A stretch of DNA of 63,132 nucleotides, filler included, from Sphaerodactylus townsendi (taxonomy: Eukaryota), in assembly GCF_021028975.2 (NCBI RefSeq). It is 5 parts of 5 records of this genome, joined end to end, with 100 filler letters (N's around TTAATTAATTAA, not from the genome) between each part and the next. Parts side by side here need not be neighbours in the genome. Positions count along the whole stretch, not along the records: positions 40,129 to 54,115 come from NC_059429.1; positions 54,216 to 63,132 come from NC_059430.1; 3 more parts are not named here. The stretch is one strand, 5' to 3'. Shown here piece after piece: positions 51,201 to 63,132 of this stretch (its first letter is position 1; every line of letters starts with the position of its first letter). The position numbers and the translations under genes are program-made. The notes under the pieces are model-generated. The model searched no databases. It had not been told where the DNA came from and was given only the letters and a program-made list of their open reading frames with translations.

Positions 51201-53333
51201 GATTCCAGAAGGGGCACATTTTACACTCTTCAACTTCAATTTCTGCATTTAAAAATATTATTCATGTGAAATTGTGATTTTGAGTTTTCATAGACAATGT
51301 CTATGGCTGCAGTCCTAAGAACTTTGAAAGTAAGGACAGTAAAATAAAATGGAATCTACATCTAAGTAAATCTACTTTAGATTCCTCTCCCCTGAGCTGG
51401 AATGGGCAGGGCACTTCAGCAATAGTAAAAGAATGTCTGTTATTTTCCTCAGCTTCATACAAACATAAGAAAGGGGCTTTCTATATATACTTATTAACAT
51501 GATTTGGGCCTAGGAAGGTTTTATGCAATATGTCCCCATGTGCTGCTTCTGAGATTGTCTTAAACTGGACTGAAACAGATGTGACTCATGGAACATATAT
51601 AATCAGATCTCCCAAGAGGCTGTTAAGATGGGTTCAATTTTTGATTAGAGCTGTGGGGTAAGAAGATGGGGAGTTTAATTGTTTCAGTAGTCAGTTTGCC
51701 ATTATCTGGAGAAAAAGAATTCCCTGTCTCTGACAGAAACTTAATAGGGTGCCATAAAAAAGCCTCAGCTGCCCATTTCCACACATTAAGCCTCTGTTAA
51801 AGGGTCAGGACATTCTCCAGACCTGCAGGCAGCCATGTCCAGTGCAATTTATCTCTGTCTCCCACAAACTGTTAATTCTACAGAAGGAAAAGAAATGACA
51901 GGGACCTGTACTGTAGCTGTGTTTTTCCCTTATAGAAGCTTCCCTCTGGTAAAAGGTTAGTTGTAGGTAGCCTTTTCACAGGATATGGGTGCTACATTTA
52001 TTGGTGGTGTTTAAAAGAAATTATTGCAAAATGAGTAATTTCCTCATAACCAACACAAATTTTCATAGCCTTAACACCAGGTTTAGGAACTTTGTACATT
52101 TTGTGAATTGTCAGCATTGGAAATGCATTTAATTGTTTTTAAACTCTAAAGTTTTCACGTATTTATAATTAACATATTCCTTAAATAGACTTTCAGTTGT
52201 ACACCCCTTTCTTAGTTACTCACTACCCTCTTTAAGCTTTTACAATCACCCACTCTGGAGCACCCTGCCATACTAAAACATGTTATCTAAAGAAGGATTG
52301 TTTCAGTATCACAGGGAGCAATATTATTTAAAAACCAACCACAGAGGAATGGAATTGGACAGGCCAAGAGAGTGGAATTTAGAGCACTACAAATATGCAT
52401 CCACTATTTCTCATTTTGTCATTTTTTAAAAACAAGATACTTTTCTAGTCTAAAACAAGCTCTCATTCTTTAAACTGTAAAAATATTTTCTGAGTTGGGA
52501 TGCTGGTTGTATGTAAGGCATAGGGTGTACAACTGAAAGTAGCAAATTTGAACTGAAAAAAATAGAAAGGGAAAGAAAAAATACTTTTTTTCTTGAAACA
52601 TTTTTGGCTGAAAATGTTCAAAGTTTAGAAAACCCACTGCTTCTAACCTAGCTATGACCCTGGTTATATGCTCATGCCTTCAAAGCTTAATTAAATAGAA
52701 CTGAATGAAATTAAATTAAAATCCAGTCAAACCTAATTAAAATCAGGGCTCCCTCCCCTTGCAGGTAATGTAAAACAAAATGTCAGGAGAACTGATTCTG
52801 CCATAAAAGATGCTGGGAAAAAAACTGATTGCAAGATCTCAGAAGTTCTGCATGTTGATGATACTGAATTTTACTAAATTGGAAGAATAGGTTATTTATA
52901 TCACTATTCTGCTAGAAGAAAAAGCTCAGGGGAATGTTTATCAGGATCCATTTACACGTGGTTCGATTAAAATAGTTAATGTATTCCCTTCTACCACCTC
53001 TCTGATGCAAATGCTGTCTTCCAGGAATGGAGAAAACAAAAGTAATTATATAGTATATGCGTCCTCATTATAACCGAACAATGGCATGAATATGACACAA
53101 GGGGTCTCAGGGTCTCAAGCTTGGGTAGCTGCCATTTGACTACACCATCAGCATCTATTATTCACTTTTAGAAACAAGAGACCAGAAATATATGGATCTT
53201 TACAGATTAAGCTCAATTGAGTGTACTCAGAAGTAAATCTGCATGAGATTATTGCCAGACTCTGACCTGCAAAGGGAGTTCTTGTATTCTTAATCCTACT
53301 GTTTTTATCCTAGGCTGAAGAGAGGTGGAAAAG

Positions 53334-54099
53334 ATGGGATGTTCCACCTTAGCCACAGCAGCCTTGCTGGTAGGACTGGTGATTACTGCCACACTGGCTG
53401 AAGTGGCTGAGAACAGGAGCCAAATATGCCAGCCTGCACCACTCTGGGAGATCAATGGGACAGTCCCAATGGATGGGATGGAAGGCCAGGTGACAGTAGT
53501 GGCACTGTTAAAAGCCAGTTGACAGTTTTGTCTCAAGCAAGCTGCCAGGTGAGTTCACTATCTGGAGAGGATTGACTGTTTCTGGGCCTGTAAGGGGTGG
53601 TGGTAGTGGAAGATGCAGTATCACATATATGTTAGAATTCACTAACATCATGTTGTATCACGAATTTGGATCAAGAAGGGGGGCGGAGCCCCATTTCCAG
53701 GCAGGGGTGGAGCCCCTCCCTGCGGTGGGGGGGGGCACTCAAGCAAGCCAGACACGTAATGGGGTTTTTTTGAGCCCATGAAACCCCCCCCCCCTTACCT
53801 ACGTCCTTGCCTGGGTGTGTATGTCGAGGAAACGTCCAGTTGCCCTCCCTCAGTTCTTAAACGTTCTTGCTGTTTCTTACTACCAGCCTTGGCAGCTTGC
53901 AGAAGAAACTATCCCATGAAGGGATGGTCAATGTAAGTTTCATGATTGTGAATGAAAAGACTCCTTTTTCCCGGGCAATGTATTGGGAGCTCAAGCGGCA
54001 TGCTCCCGAGGAAATCCCTGTTTACCAGCAGGAGATCTTGGAACCTGATGTCTGGAAAATTCTTGATGGGAACAAGGATGACTTCCTGATCTATGACAG
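53334..54099 (+). CDS. SELENOP2: Selenoprotein P2 (SELPb-type), first two coding exons (53334-53548, 53887-54099); TGA 53520-53522 = Sec
   Basis: Signal peptide, ICQPAPLWEING...VTVVALLKAS-U-QFC (UxxC), phase-2 splice to LGSLQKKL...DVWKILDGNKDDFLIYDR. Confidence 0.92.
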
Positions 54100-54292
54100 G
54101 TCAGTACTTAAACTCNNNNNNNNNNNNNNNNNNNNNNNNNNNNNNNNNNNNNNNNNNNNTTAATTAATTAANNNNNNNNNNNNNNNNNNNNNNNNNNNNN
54201 NNNNNNNNNNNNNNNCAAAGCAGACCACAGAGGGGAAGGAGGGAGGGATGTGCGCCTGCACAGAAGACCGCTAGATGAACAACAGTTACAGG

Positions 54293-55402
54293 TGTAAGGG
54301 TCTGTTACTCCAGTCAATAACAAGTCTTGAGAACGGTTCAAGAGCTTTATTAGAACTGTGTCAGCCCAACAGCCAGATAGCTGAAACTGGGGTTTGGCTC
54401 TCTGGCTCCCGGTATATACCTGTAGGTTAGTTTGACTCAACCCAGAATCCCCCCACCCTCGCATTCCCATAATATCAGCACGTGAAAGGACAGTGAGAAA
54501 AACACATTGTTTTTGGGCCAGGCAGTTTGCTCCCTCAGGAAGGCAGATAAGGAGAAACAGTTAAGCACTATTGAGCTAGTTCAGGGGTCGGCAACCTTTA
54601 CCACCCAAAGAGACATTTGGACCCGTTTTCCACGGCACCAAATATCTACCGAGCCGGAGAGGTTCAGCCCCTGAACTCACCTTTCCTTCCAGCGCTAGGA
54701 GGCGGAGGCGCCGGGCAGGGAAACCCCCTCTGCCCGACAGAGGGGGGATGGCGGCTGCGGCCTGCCTGGTGCTGCCACCTTTCGCGCTGCAGGAGGCAGT
54801 GGCGCCAGGCAGGGAAACCCCCTCTGCCCGACGAAGCAGGCAGCCGCCTGCTCCATGGGCAGAGGGGGGGGATGGCGGCTGCAGCCTGCCCAGTGCCGCT
54901 GCCTCTTGTGCTACAGGAGGCAGCAGTGCCAGGCAGGGAAACCCCCTCTACCCGACGGAGCAGGCATCTCCCTGGTCCGTTGGGCAGAGGGGGATGGCAG
55001 CTGCTCTGGAGAGACACGCCCACGCTACCCTCTGACCTCCAGGGATCGGAGAGCAGTGTGGGCATGTCCCTCCAGCTCTCCAGAGCAGCACTGCAAGGAG
55101 AGGTGAGTGGAGGGGACGTGAAAAGAAGCACCCACACGCACGGAGCTGCCTCCAATTCTGCCCCTCCACTCACCTTTCCTTCCAGAGCTGCTCTGGAGGG
55201 ACACACCCACACTACCCTCCGACCTCCAGGCAACATGGAGCCGCAGTATAAGGCTGAAAGAGCCACAGGTTGCAGATCCCTGAGCTAGTTACTTGCAAGA
55301 AATAAAAGGCTCCATGGCCTTGGGAAATGATAATAGCTGGGCCTTCTGCACCAAGGCTGTGTACATGCGAACTGCCAGGCCAAGCATGGCACAGACCTGA
55401 GA
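54293..55402 (-). mobile_element. Solo LTR inserted in the DIRS terminus
   Basis: TGTAAGG...CCTGAGA ends, 5-bp TSD ACAGG/ATAGG, TATA (about 54415) and AATAAA (about 54350) on - strand. Confidence 0.6.
54582..55282. mobile_element. Non-autonomous hAT transposon with GC-rich internal repeats
   Basis: TIRs CAGGGGTCGGCAACC / GGTTGCAGATCCCTG; TSD AGCTAGTT; GGCAGGGAAACCCCCTCT three times. Confidence 0.85.
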
Positions 55403-58400
55403 ATAGGTAAGCACAATGTTGCTCTTATTCAGCGTGGTCTTTTGTGCAGACCCATATGGGAGAGTAGCAAGCGAAAATCCAATAAGGGGGTGAGGTGAGG
55501 CTGCAAAAAAGGTTCAGTCTGACACAGGAAGCCAGAAAAAAAGACTGAAATGGTTGTATTTTATTTAAACAAGCTTTGCCACACAGCTGTCCGCATAGTA
55601 GAATCATGTCTGAAAGCAATGTCCATAGTGTAATGGTGAACAAATACCACAGAGGAGGCCCTTATAGCTGCTTTGCAGATATCAGCGATGTCAACTCTGA
55701 TCAGAAAAGCAGCTGATACAGACTGGGCTCTAGTGGAATGTGACCGAACTCTGATGGGGCAATCCACCCATGCCAAGGCATATGCTTTTAATATAGCCTT
55801 GGTAATTCAGTGTGCAATGGTCTGACATGACACCTTGTATCCCTTGATGACCCTGAAAAATAAATAATTCAATTATTGCCCTTTTTGAAAGGTCTGTTCC
55901 TGTTCAAATAGAGAAGCAAAGCTCAAGGTCTATCGAGTGCAGCACCCTTTCCCACTCTGTGGAGGGATTAAGATGGAACACAGGGAGGACAATGTCCTGG
56001 GACATGTGGAAGGGGAAGCTACTTTAGGAAGGTATGTCAAACTGGGATGAAGGACAATTCTACGCAGATGAAATTTCAAAAATGGGGGGTCACACAGCAG
56101 GGCCTGCAGGTTGACATGATTGCCACCAAAACCGCCACTTTGTATGATTGCATATCCAATGCTGATGTGACCAGGGTTGCCCACGACCTGAGTCAGCACT
56201 AGGAAAAGGCTCAATTGGGGAAAGGGCTGCATAACCTGTGGGTAGAAATTAGAAAGGCCCTTAAGAAATCTGCAACAAGAGGGGTTGGAAAACAAGGTAG
56301 AGGAGTTGATCCCAACATGAACAGCTGAAATAGCTACTAAATGGAGTTTAACAGATGAGTTAGATAACTGCAAGTATTTTAATAACAGTAAATAATTGAA
56401 TTCAGCAGGCATGGAGCAGGAAACAGGGTCTATCCCCTGAGAACTAGCCCAATCAGAGAAATGGTACCTCTTAGCTTCATAGGACCTCCTAGTGGAGGAT
56501 TTCTTAGAAGAAAACAGGACGTTTTTAACCCTCTCAGACCATGCGGCCAGGGGCTGATAAGAAAGGCTGCCAGATGCAGGGAAGTTATACTGCTGCAGCG
56601 CGAGGGACCCATCAGCAAGAGGTCCTCAGCTGGAGGGAAATGTGTACTGTCCCTCTGGACAACTTGTCCAACAGAGGAAACCATGGTCATCTGAGCCAGT
56701 AGGGAGCAATCAGTATACCTGAAGCCTGTCAGAGTGGAGTTGAGTAATTGTATTGGTTACAAGGGGCTGGGGGGGGGGGGGGGGTACAGGAAAGCACCTG
56801 TCCATTGAAACTGGAAAATGTCTCCCCTGGACTGAGACCAATCTGGGAGCAACAGATAGGAAGTCTCTTGTTGAGGCAAGAAGTGAACACACTGATGGAC
56901 GGATGTGCCCCACTTTGCAAGAACAGGATTTAGAAAGAATGGATTTAAGTCCAATTTGTGTTGCAGGGCATCTACTAACACATTGGGTTATGGATGCAGC
57001 ATGCAACACGTCCACTATCGGGTCCTTGCGCCCAGGTTGCTGAGTATTGATGGAAAGACCCAGAACATTAGCCATGCGGATAAGAAAACATATGGTCTGG
57101 GGAAGGGCTGAAGGCAGTCCGAGTCTGGCGCTCAGTCCGAGAGGCAGTCTGGTGCTGAGTCTGAGAGTTAGAGGACCCCGTAAAACTGGAGTGACATGAC
57201 AAGGAAGAATGGTTGTGATGTGAAGAAGTCTGCTGAGTGGCAATTAGTCTGTCCCAAGAATGAGACTCAACCAACATAACATCATCGTTGGAAAGTCTGT
57301 GGGATGGTGCACAGGAGGTTGCAAGCATGGCTGAAGACGCAATGGGCTTAGTGGAGAAACCTCTGCACTGAACCCTGGATGCCTGATTCTTGGCACTGAT
57401 AGTGCTCAGGGTGGAGGAGTGCCCAGGATCAGAATGGAGAGAAGAAGTAATTGCCAGCAGAACAGGTAAGACCAGGTATGTACAGGAGGTTCTTGAAGGA
57501 AAGATTAACCCCTACTGGTGCAGAGGCCAGAGACAGTGGAAAAAAATCTGACAATATGGATGCTAGCCATGTTGAGCTGATGAGCCCGGTCGACTGTGAC
57601 GAAGGGAACCTCTGTGCCAAGTGCAGCCACTCTCCGTTCTCTTCAACAGCGAAGAGGAGGACGAGGGGGATCGCTGCCAATATCATTTGGAAAAGCCAAG
57701 TGGTGATCTCTCCACGGGCACCAACTGTTTAGCTGAAGCTGTAGCCAAAGGTGGGGTTCCCTCAGGAAGGGATGCAGAAGACTTTGATGGCTTCAATGAC
57801 TGCATCACCTTAGCACTTGGATCAGAGGCTAAAGAAAGTTCATAAAAGGCTGCCTTCAATCAAGATGACTTCACCATCCTGGCCTGAGGTGTGAGGGAGG
57901 CAGAGGGCTTGCAGGAAGCAGGAACATGCCCTTCTGATCAGAGAAGACAATTGGAGTGATTGTCATTTTTTGCCATCTTGGCACCACAAGTGGAACCCTT
58001 TTTTAGAAGAACTCTTCCGGACTCCATGATGGAAAAGCAAGTCAGAAATAGAACACTGACCTAATGAGCAGCACAGTTAGACATGTCCTCAAGTCGCAGA
58101 AAGAGAACTGAGTGGAATGCTTGCCCCTGCCCGGTACCTTGTGACTTCTGTGCAGGAAGATTTCCTCTGAATCTAAGGGGACAGGGTGGGGTGGGGGAAC
58201 ATTTGGGAGAGCTCCAGAGCCTTCTAAGAAGCTTGACAGTTTTCAATTGTGGCAGCCCTGTGCATGCGCAGACCCATGTAAGTCTGCACAGAAGATCACA
58301 CTGAGGAAGGGCAGGCTATGTCTTACATATAGCATAATATCTAATTCCCCTCAAATTGTATCTCTCTATACTAAACAGAACAGTAAGCATCCCTGCCACT

Positions 58401-58701
58401 CTATAATAATGTCAACAAGAATTTCAAGATTTAGTCCAAACCATACAGGATCATAACCACATTATTATAGGATCAAATCATACAGGATCATTATTCATCA
58501 AAATGTTGAAGATATCCCCTTCCAGAGCAGTGCTGAATAAATTCCCTTCTCCCATCTAAGTTGATTAGCTCTATAGAGTTGACACTTAAAGAGTGGGGAA
58601 TGGGGTAGCCTTAGGCAGAAGTAGTTTCAAGCAGCCTCCATATGGGGACTGTTTAGTATAGGCTGGGTCTTCCATTCATTAGAGGGGAAGACATACTTTA
58701 C

Positions 58702-61116
58702 CCTTTTCGTGCAGATGGATGGCTTGTTCCACTGAAAAATGGCACCTCCTGAAAGTAGTCCTATCAAAAGATCAGAAGCCAAAATTAATGTTTCCAGAAC
58801 TCACAATGGAGTGCACAATCAATGTATTTGAGCTACTGCTGTATTTACAAAGTCACACAAACACCTTAAGCCAGAACTTTCCTTTCAACTGTAGCAGCTA
58901 AAAACAATTATACAATGTATTGTCCAACATTTCTTTAAGGATGGAAAAAAACTGTTATGTTTAAAAGGTTTTCTAAATTAGGATGATCTCATTTTTACTG
59001 AAGATTTGTCATCTTTATGTACAATGTTGCTAGTCTATTAACAAGAACAAGGCCCTTAAGCTGATACTGCTCTGCACATGGAAGCCTCAGGAGCCATGCA
59101 TTACTTTTTCCAGAAACACCACATCTGTTCCTCCTACTCACAAAGAGACACTAGAACCATGGTGGCGAACCTATGGCACTCCAGATGTTCATGGACTACA
59201 ATTCCCATCAGCCCCTGGCAGCATGGCCAATTGGCCATGCTGCCAGGGGCTGATGGGAATTGTAGTCCATGAACATCTGGGGGGCCATGTTTATCTGGTA
59301 TCGATTCGCTCCATCTGCACTAGAGCACAGGTGTCAAACTCGCGGCCCTCCAGATGTTATGCACTACAGTTCCCATCATCCCCTGCCAGCATCATGCTGA
59401 CAGGGGCTGATGGGAACTGTAGTGCACAACATCTGGAGGGCCGCAAGTTTGACACCTGTGCACTAGAGTGACACACACAAGACAACCTAAAGATGGGTCA
59501 TCTATTTTTTCCTCTGCATAAAAACCATTACCATGAATACAAATGGAGGATTCAGAATGAACGTCCCCAAATCTTCTGAACTGGATATATTTGTACCACA
59601 CAGCATTCTGCATTCATTGCAAAGTTGACGGTGCATACCTACTAACAGCAAACTCCACATCCATGGGTTCACCATTATAAGCCTGCTCAAACTCTTGGTT
59701 AAGGTTTAGAGTAACTTCGTCTTCATGAATCTAGATGTAAGAGGAGGAAGGCAGAGCTTGAACTTTGGACTTTCTAAAACTATTATATGTTCATTAAAAT
59801 ATGTTTCTATACATGAACTTCAACAGAAGCATTTAATTCTGGAAATTGACAGAACCCAGAAACAGAGACCTCTTAATGAAATTAATTCTAAAGAAAAAGG
59901 GGCTACCTGCAAAATCTCAAGATGATCATTTTTGGAATTTATTTTCCATCACACCCTTAAACCCAGTATAGTGTTCTGATTAGAGTGACAGACTAGGATC
60001 TCACAGACCCAGGTTCAAATGCCCACTCAGCAATGGAAGCTTGCTGGGTGACCTTGAGACAGTCACATGTTCTTAGTCTAACAAACTTCACGGAGTTGCT
60101 GTCTATATAAAATGGAGGAGAGTAGAACAATGTAAACTACGTGGGTAATCAATGGGGAGAAAGGCAGGGCATGAATAAACAAAGCAAAATCAGCTTACCT
60201 CAACGACACATGCAATATAACATACTTGCTCCAAGTAATCACTGGTCTTCAATATCACTTTGTCACCTAATTTAGAACACACACGTGAAACCTTTCCCTC
60301 TTTTTACAACTTAAAGCAAATCTTAACAAAGTAAAGTTCTGTTTTTCAGGGCTTCAGTTATTGCTTTAAATCCAGCGTTAGATGAATCTTTTCATCCAGC
60401 TGGTGTTTTCCTGAATTGATCAATCACTGTTGCTCTATGGATACTATGTAGTGATTTTGAGATCTTTTGGAAAAAGTAGGATATAACTTTTAAAAATAAA
60501 AATTAATGCTAAAAAATTATCAGCATGTTCCTGTCATCTCCCATAAAAATACTCTAAGAAATAGTTTGATCTACGGCTTCAGAACCCTTCCAATAGGTCT
60601 GGATTTCAAAGAATAAAATCTCTTGACAGCCTAAAATGGCAATTTTAACATCTTTAAGCTATTTTGTGAAATAAAGACTACAGTCACGTGTGTACACTTG
60701 GGATGCTTAATACAAACAGATTCCATTTAAGAGAGACATGGGTTAAGATTTTGTTTTAAGCCCTACTATATTTCAGACTGGAAAAGAAAAAGCTATTTTA
60801 TAATAATGAAGTATAGTTGGTATCAGCTGCCAATAATGTTAATGTGGCTAGAATACTACTCTGCTAACTGCAATATTAACAGTACATTACAATATGTATT
60901 ATTGTACAATATGCATTGCAATATACAAAAAGGCATACCTGTGATTAAAGGAGGGCGACCCTCTGTGACCCCAGGCACATCAAGAACCAGGAAGTTCCCA
61001 TTCCTTTTCAAAGAGACTCCACTCAAGGCAAAATCCTTCATTTCCATCTCTTCATGGATTTCCTCAAGCCACAGCAGAGTAGAAAAAAATGCTTTATAGT
61101 TAGCTAGATGGAGGCC
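58702..61116 (-). CDS. MOV10L1: piRNA-pathway RNA helicase MOV10L1(-like), four internal exons (61116-60939, 60266-60199, 59730-59639, 58760-58702)
   Basis: Phase-compatible GT-AG exons: [20 protein letters not shown]...[21 protein letters not shown]...[54 protein letters not shown]. Confidence 0.92.
59326..59460. mobile_element. Palindromic hAT MITE (a partial related element lies at about 59157-59285)
   Basis: Same family as 35942-36076; TSD CACTAGAG. Confidence 0.9.
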
Positions 61117-61929
61117 CTGAAATGAATTAATTTTATAGCACAGTTTAGATTGGATAACCTCCAGAATTCACAACACACTTTAAGACTCACTGCAGAAGTA
61201 CTGCATTTCTGTTTCAAATAACTCATAATGTACAAATTGTAAATTAGCCTTAAAAAGTAGCTATAGTACTTCCACAATGCAACAGATAGGTAGTAACAAC
61301 CAGCAAGGATTTGTAGAGGACATCTAATTTCCTCCTTCCTCAATCTTTTACGGAAGGGACAACACCAATAGCCTCTCCTTTTCCTGCTCCCTCCCAACAA
61401 TTATTTTACCAACTGAGCTTCTGTGGCAGATTGTCAACCTGGGTGTCTTAGATCCCAGCCTGAAACTTTAACCACCCCATAACAGTGGCATTTGTGGGGT
61501 GGCTGCTGTGGAACAGCAGCAAGCAACCAGACCTTGGTGAATCATTCACATCGCATATATCAAGCTGCCTGATAGTAGCCACCTGGTGTGGTTCAATGCA
61601 TTCCTTGTCAAAGGTGAAAACAGCCCTAGAAAGAACACTGCCTGTCTTCTGCCTTTTACTGGCAAAAATCAAGACGTGAAGGCTAGAAATATTATTGCAG
61701 CTGCCTACGAACTGCCATAATATCTACAGAAGCTAGAGGTGCTGCTTCTAGTACTATTCTGAGGGTTTCTGAACCAGAGGCATAGCTAGGGAAAATGGAG
61801 CCCAGGGCAAAAATCTGCATTTTCTTCCCCCTCCCCCACACAACAAAATAATGATTTTTTGCACCAGGTCATCTCAAAGTCACCATCACATTATAGAACA
61901 TGCCCCAACTCACAAATCTGAACACACCC

Positions 61930-63000
61930 AGGGCTCCCTAGTTTAAACAACATTTAAAGTGATGCTTTTTTTTGAAATGGGGTTCACCCTGAAACAGTAT
62001 CACTTTCAATGTTGTTTAGACTAGAGAGCCCAGATTTTCCTAGAGAACCCAGATTCTCCTTTTAAATCCACCTTAAAGGGAGAATCTGGGCTCCCTAGTT
62101 TAAACAACATTGAAGGTGATGCTGTTTCAGGGTGGATTCCCCCCACCCCACCCCCCAAACAGCTGATAGCAGACTTGAGCGGTACTACTCATGCAGACAA
62201 GTGGGCATATACAGCAAACTCCCACCTTCAAGAAGAAGAAATACTCCACACAGCAGATTCTTTCAAAAGAAGGCTTTTACCATAGAGTTGCTATATGTAC
62301 AAGATACTATATACAGAGTATTTTAAACAGTCCAACAAAGTGCTCCACCAGGCACTTGTTTCCCTAAGGAACAAACATACAGTACATTGCTGTTGCTTAT
62401 ATACATAGTTCCACCAATCACTGTAAAGGTCACTTGCAACTGGAATGAACTGGTCTGCTTGCTGTTCTCCAGCTGTCAGATCATTCCTTTCTTTGCTGAC
62501 TCATGCCTCTGCTGGATAGGATATGATCACCATGATCTAACTGTCATGACAACAGCATCACTTACAATATTGTTTAGACAAGGGAGCCCAGATTCTCCTT
62601 TTAAATCAACCTTAAAGGGAGAATCTTGGCTCCATAGTTTAAACAACATTGAAGGTGATGCTGTTTCAGGGTGGATTCCCCCCACCCCACCCCCCAAACA
62701 GAATCACTTACAATATTGTTTAGACAAGGGAGCCCAGATTCTCCTTTTAAATCCACTTTAAAGGGAGAATCTGGGCTCCCTAGTTTAAACAACATTGAAG
62801 GTGATGCTGTTTCAGGGTGGATTCCCCTCACCCCCCAAACAGCATCACTTACAATATTGTTTAGACAAGGGAGCCCAGATTCTCCTTTTAAATCAACCTT
62901 AAAGGGAGAATCTTGGCTCCCTAGTTTAAACAGCATTGAAAATGATGCTGTTTCAGGGTAGATTCTCCACTCCCCCCCAAACAGCATCACTTTCAATGTT
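61930..63000. repeat. About 141-146-bp tandem repeat of internally palindromic units (61930-62163 and 62551-63000)
   Basis: Unit AACAGCATCACTT..CAATATTGTTTAGAC.AGGGAGCCCAGATTCTCC / GGAGAATCTGGGCTCCCTAGTTTAAACAACATTGAAGGTGATGCTGTT. Confidence 0.85.
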
Positions 63001-63132
63001 GGTTGTTGTGGGTTTTCCGGGCTGCGTGGCCGTGGTCTGGTAGATCTTGTTCCTAACGTTTCTCCTGCATCTGTGACTGGCATCTTCAGAGGTGTATCAC
63101 AGAGAGAAGTCTGTTATACACTGTGTCCAGAC
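63001..63132 (-). mobile_element. Penelope-like element end with hammerhead variant
   Basis: Matches 16640-16750; - strand CCTCTGAAGATGCC...GGAGAAACGTTAGG. Confidence 0.7.

Larger units (their letters stand above)
54216..58310 (-). mobile_element. Decayed DIRS-type tyrosine-recombinase retrotransposon in MOV10L1 intron
   Basis: gag-like Cys/His remnant near 58010-57840; methyltransferase-like remnant near 56690-56550; YR remnant SSVKLHLVAISAVH...RFLKGL...YLPKVAS (55930-56412); related TGTGCAG-containing terminal motifs near 54256, 55443 and 58285. Confidence 0.8.

Noticed and set aside
62601-63083. 160-aa repetitive ORF
   Set aside because: Translation of the hairpin tandem repeat and Penelope end.
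26743-63132. Germline/piRNA system linking ZAR1, MOV10L1 and the RT
   Set aside because: The genes are on different contigs joined by artificial linkers.

Overview
Squamate, probably gecko, nuclear DNA (inferred from abundant tRNA-headed Squam3-type SINEs). The window is not contiguous: four artificial 44N-TTAATTAATTAA-44N linkers join five pieces. A (1-26642): exons 1-5 of intron-containing TAF9/TAF9B and a small replication-dependent histone cluster (H2A, H4, H3, H1, each with stem-loop; no H2B). B (26743-34138): last exon of ZAR1, then decayed CR1, hAT and SPIN elements. C (34239-40028): exons 1-2 of a soul4-like heme-binding gene. D (40129-54115): HPDL and two coding exons of SELENOP2 (in-frame UGA/Sec). 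E (54216-63132): four MOV10L1 exons with a DIRS > solo-LTR > hAT nest in an intron. The most interesting object is an RT gene (- strand, about 14070-11635) resembling Utopia (NeSL-clade) retrotransposons. It lies head-to-head with H2A, where H2B usually sits, and keeps the YVDD motif. It lacks the CCHC and restriction-like endonuclease domains, has a duplicated Pro/Gly-rich N-terminus, and has a gene-like 3' end with a poly(A) signal. It is a candidate domesticated, histone-promoter-linked reverse transcriptase, but its frame is broken in two short patches that may be sequencing error or real decay. All family assignments are from recalled motifs, not database searches.
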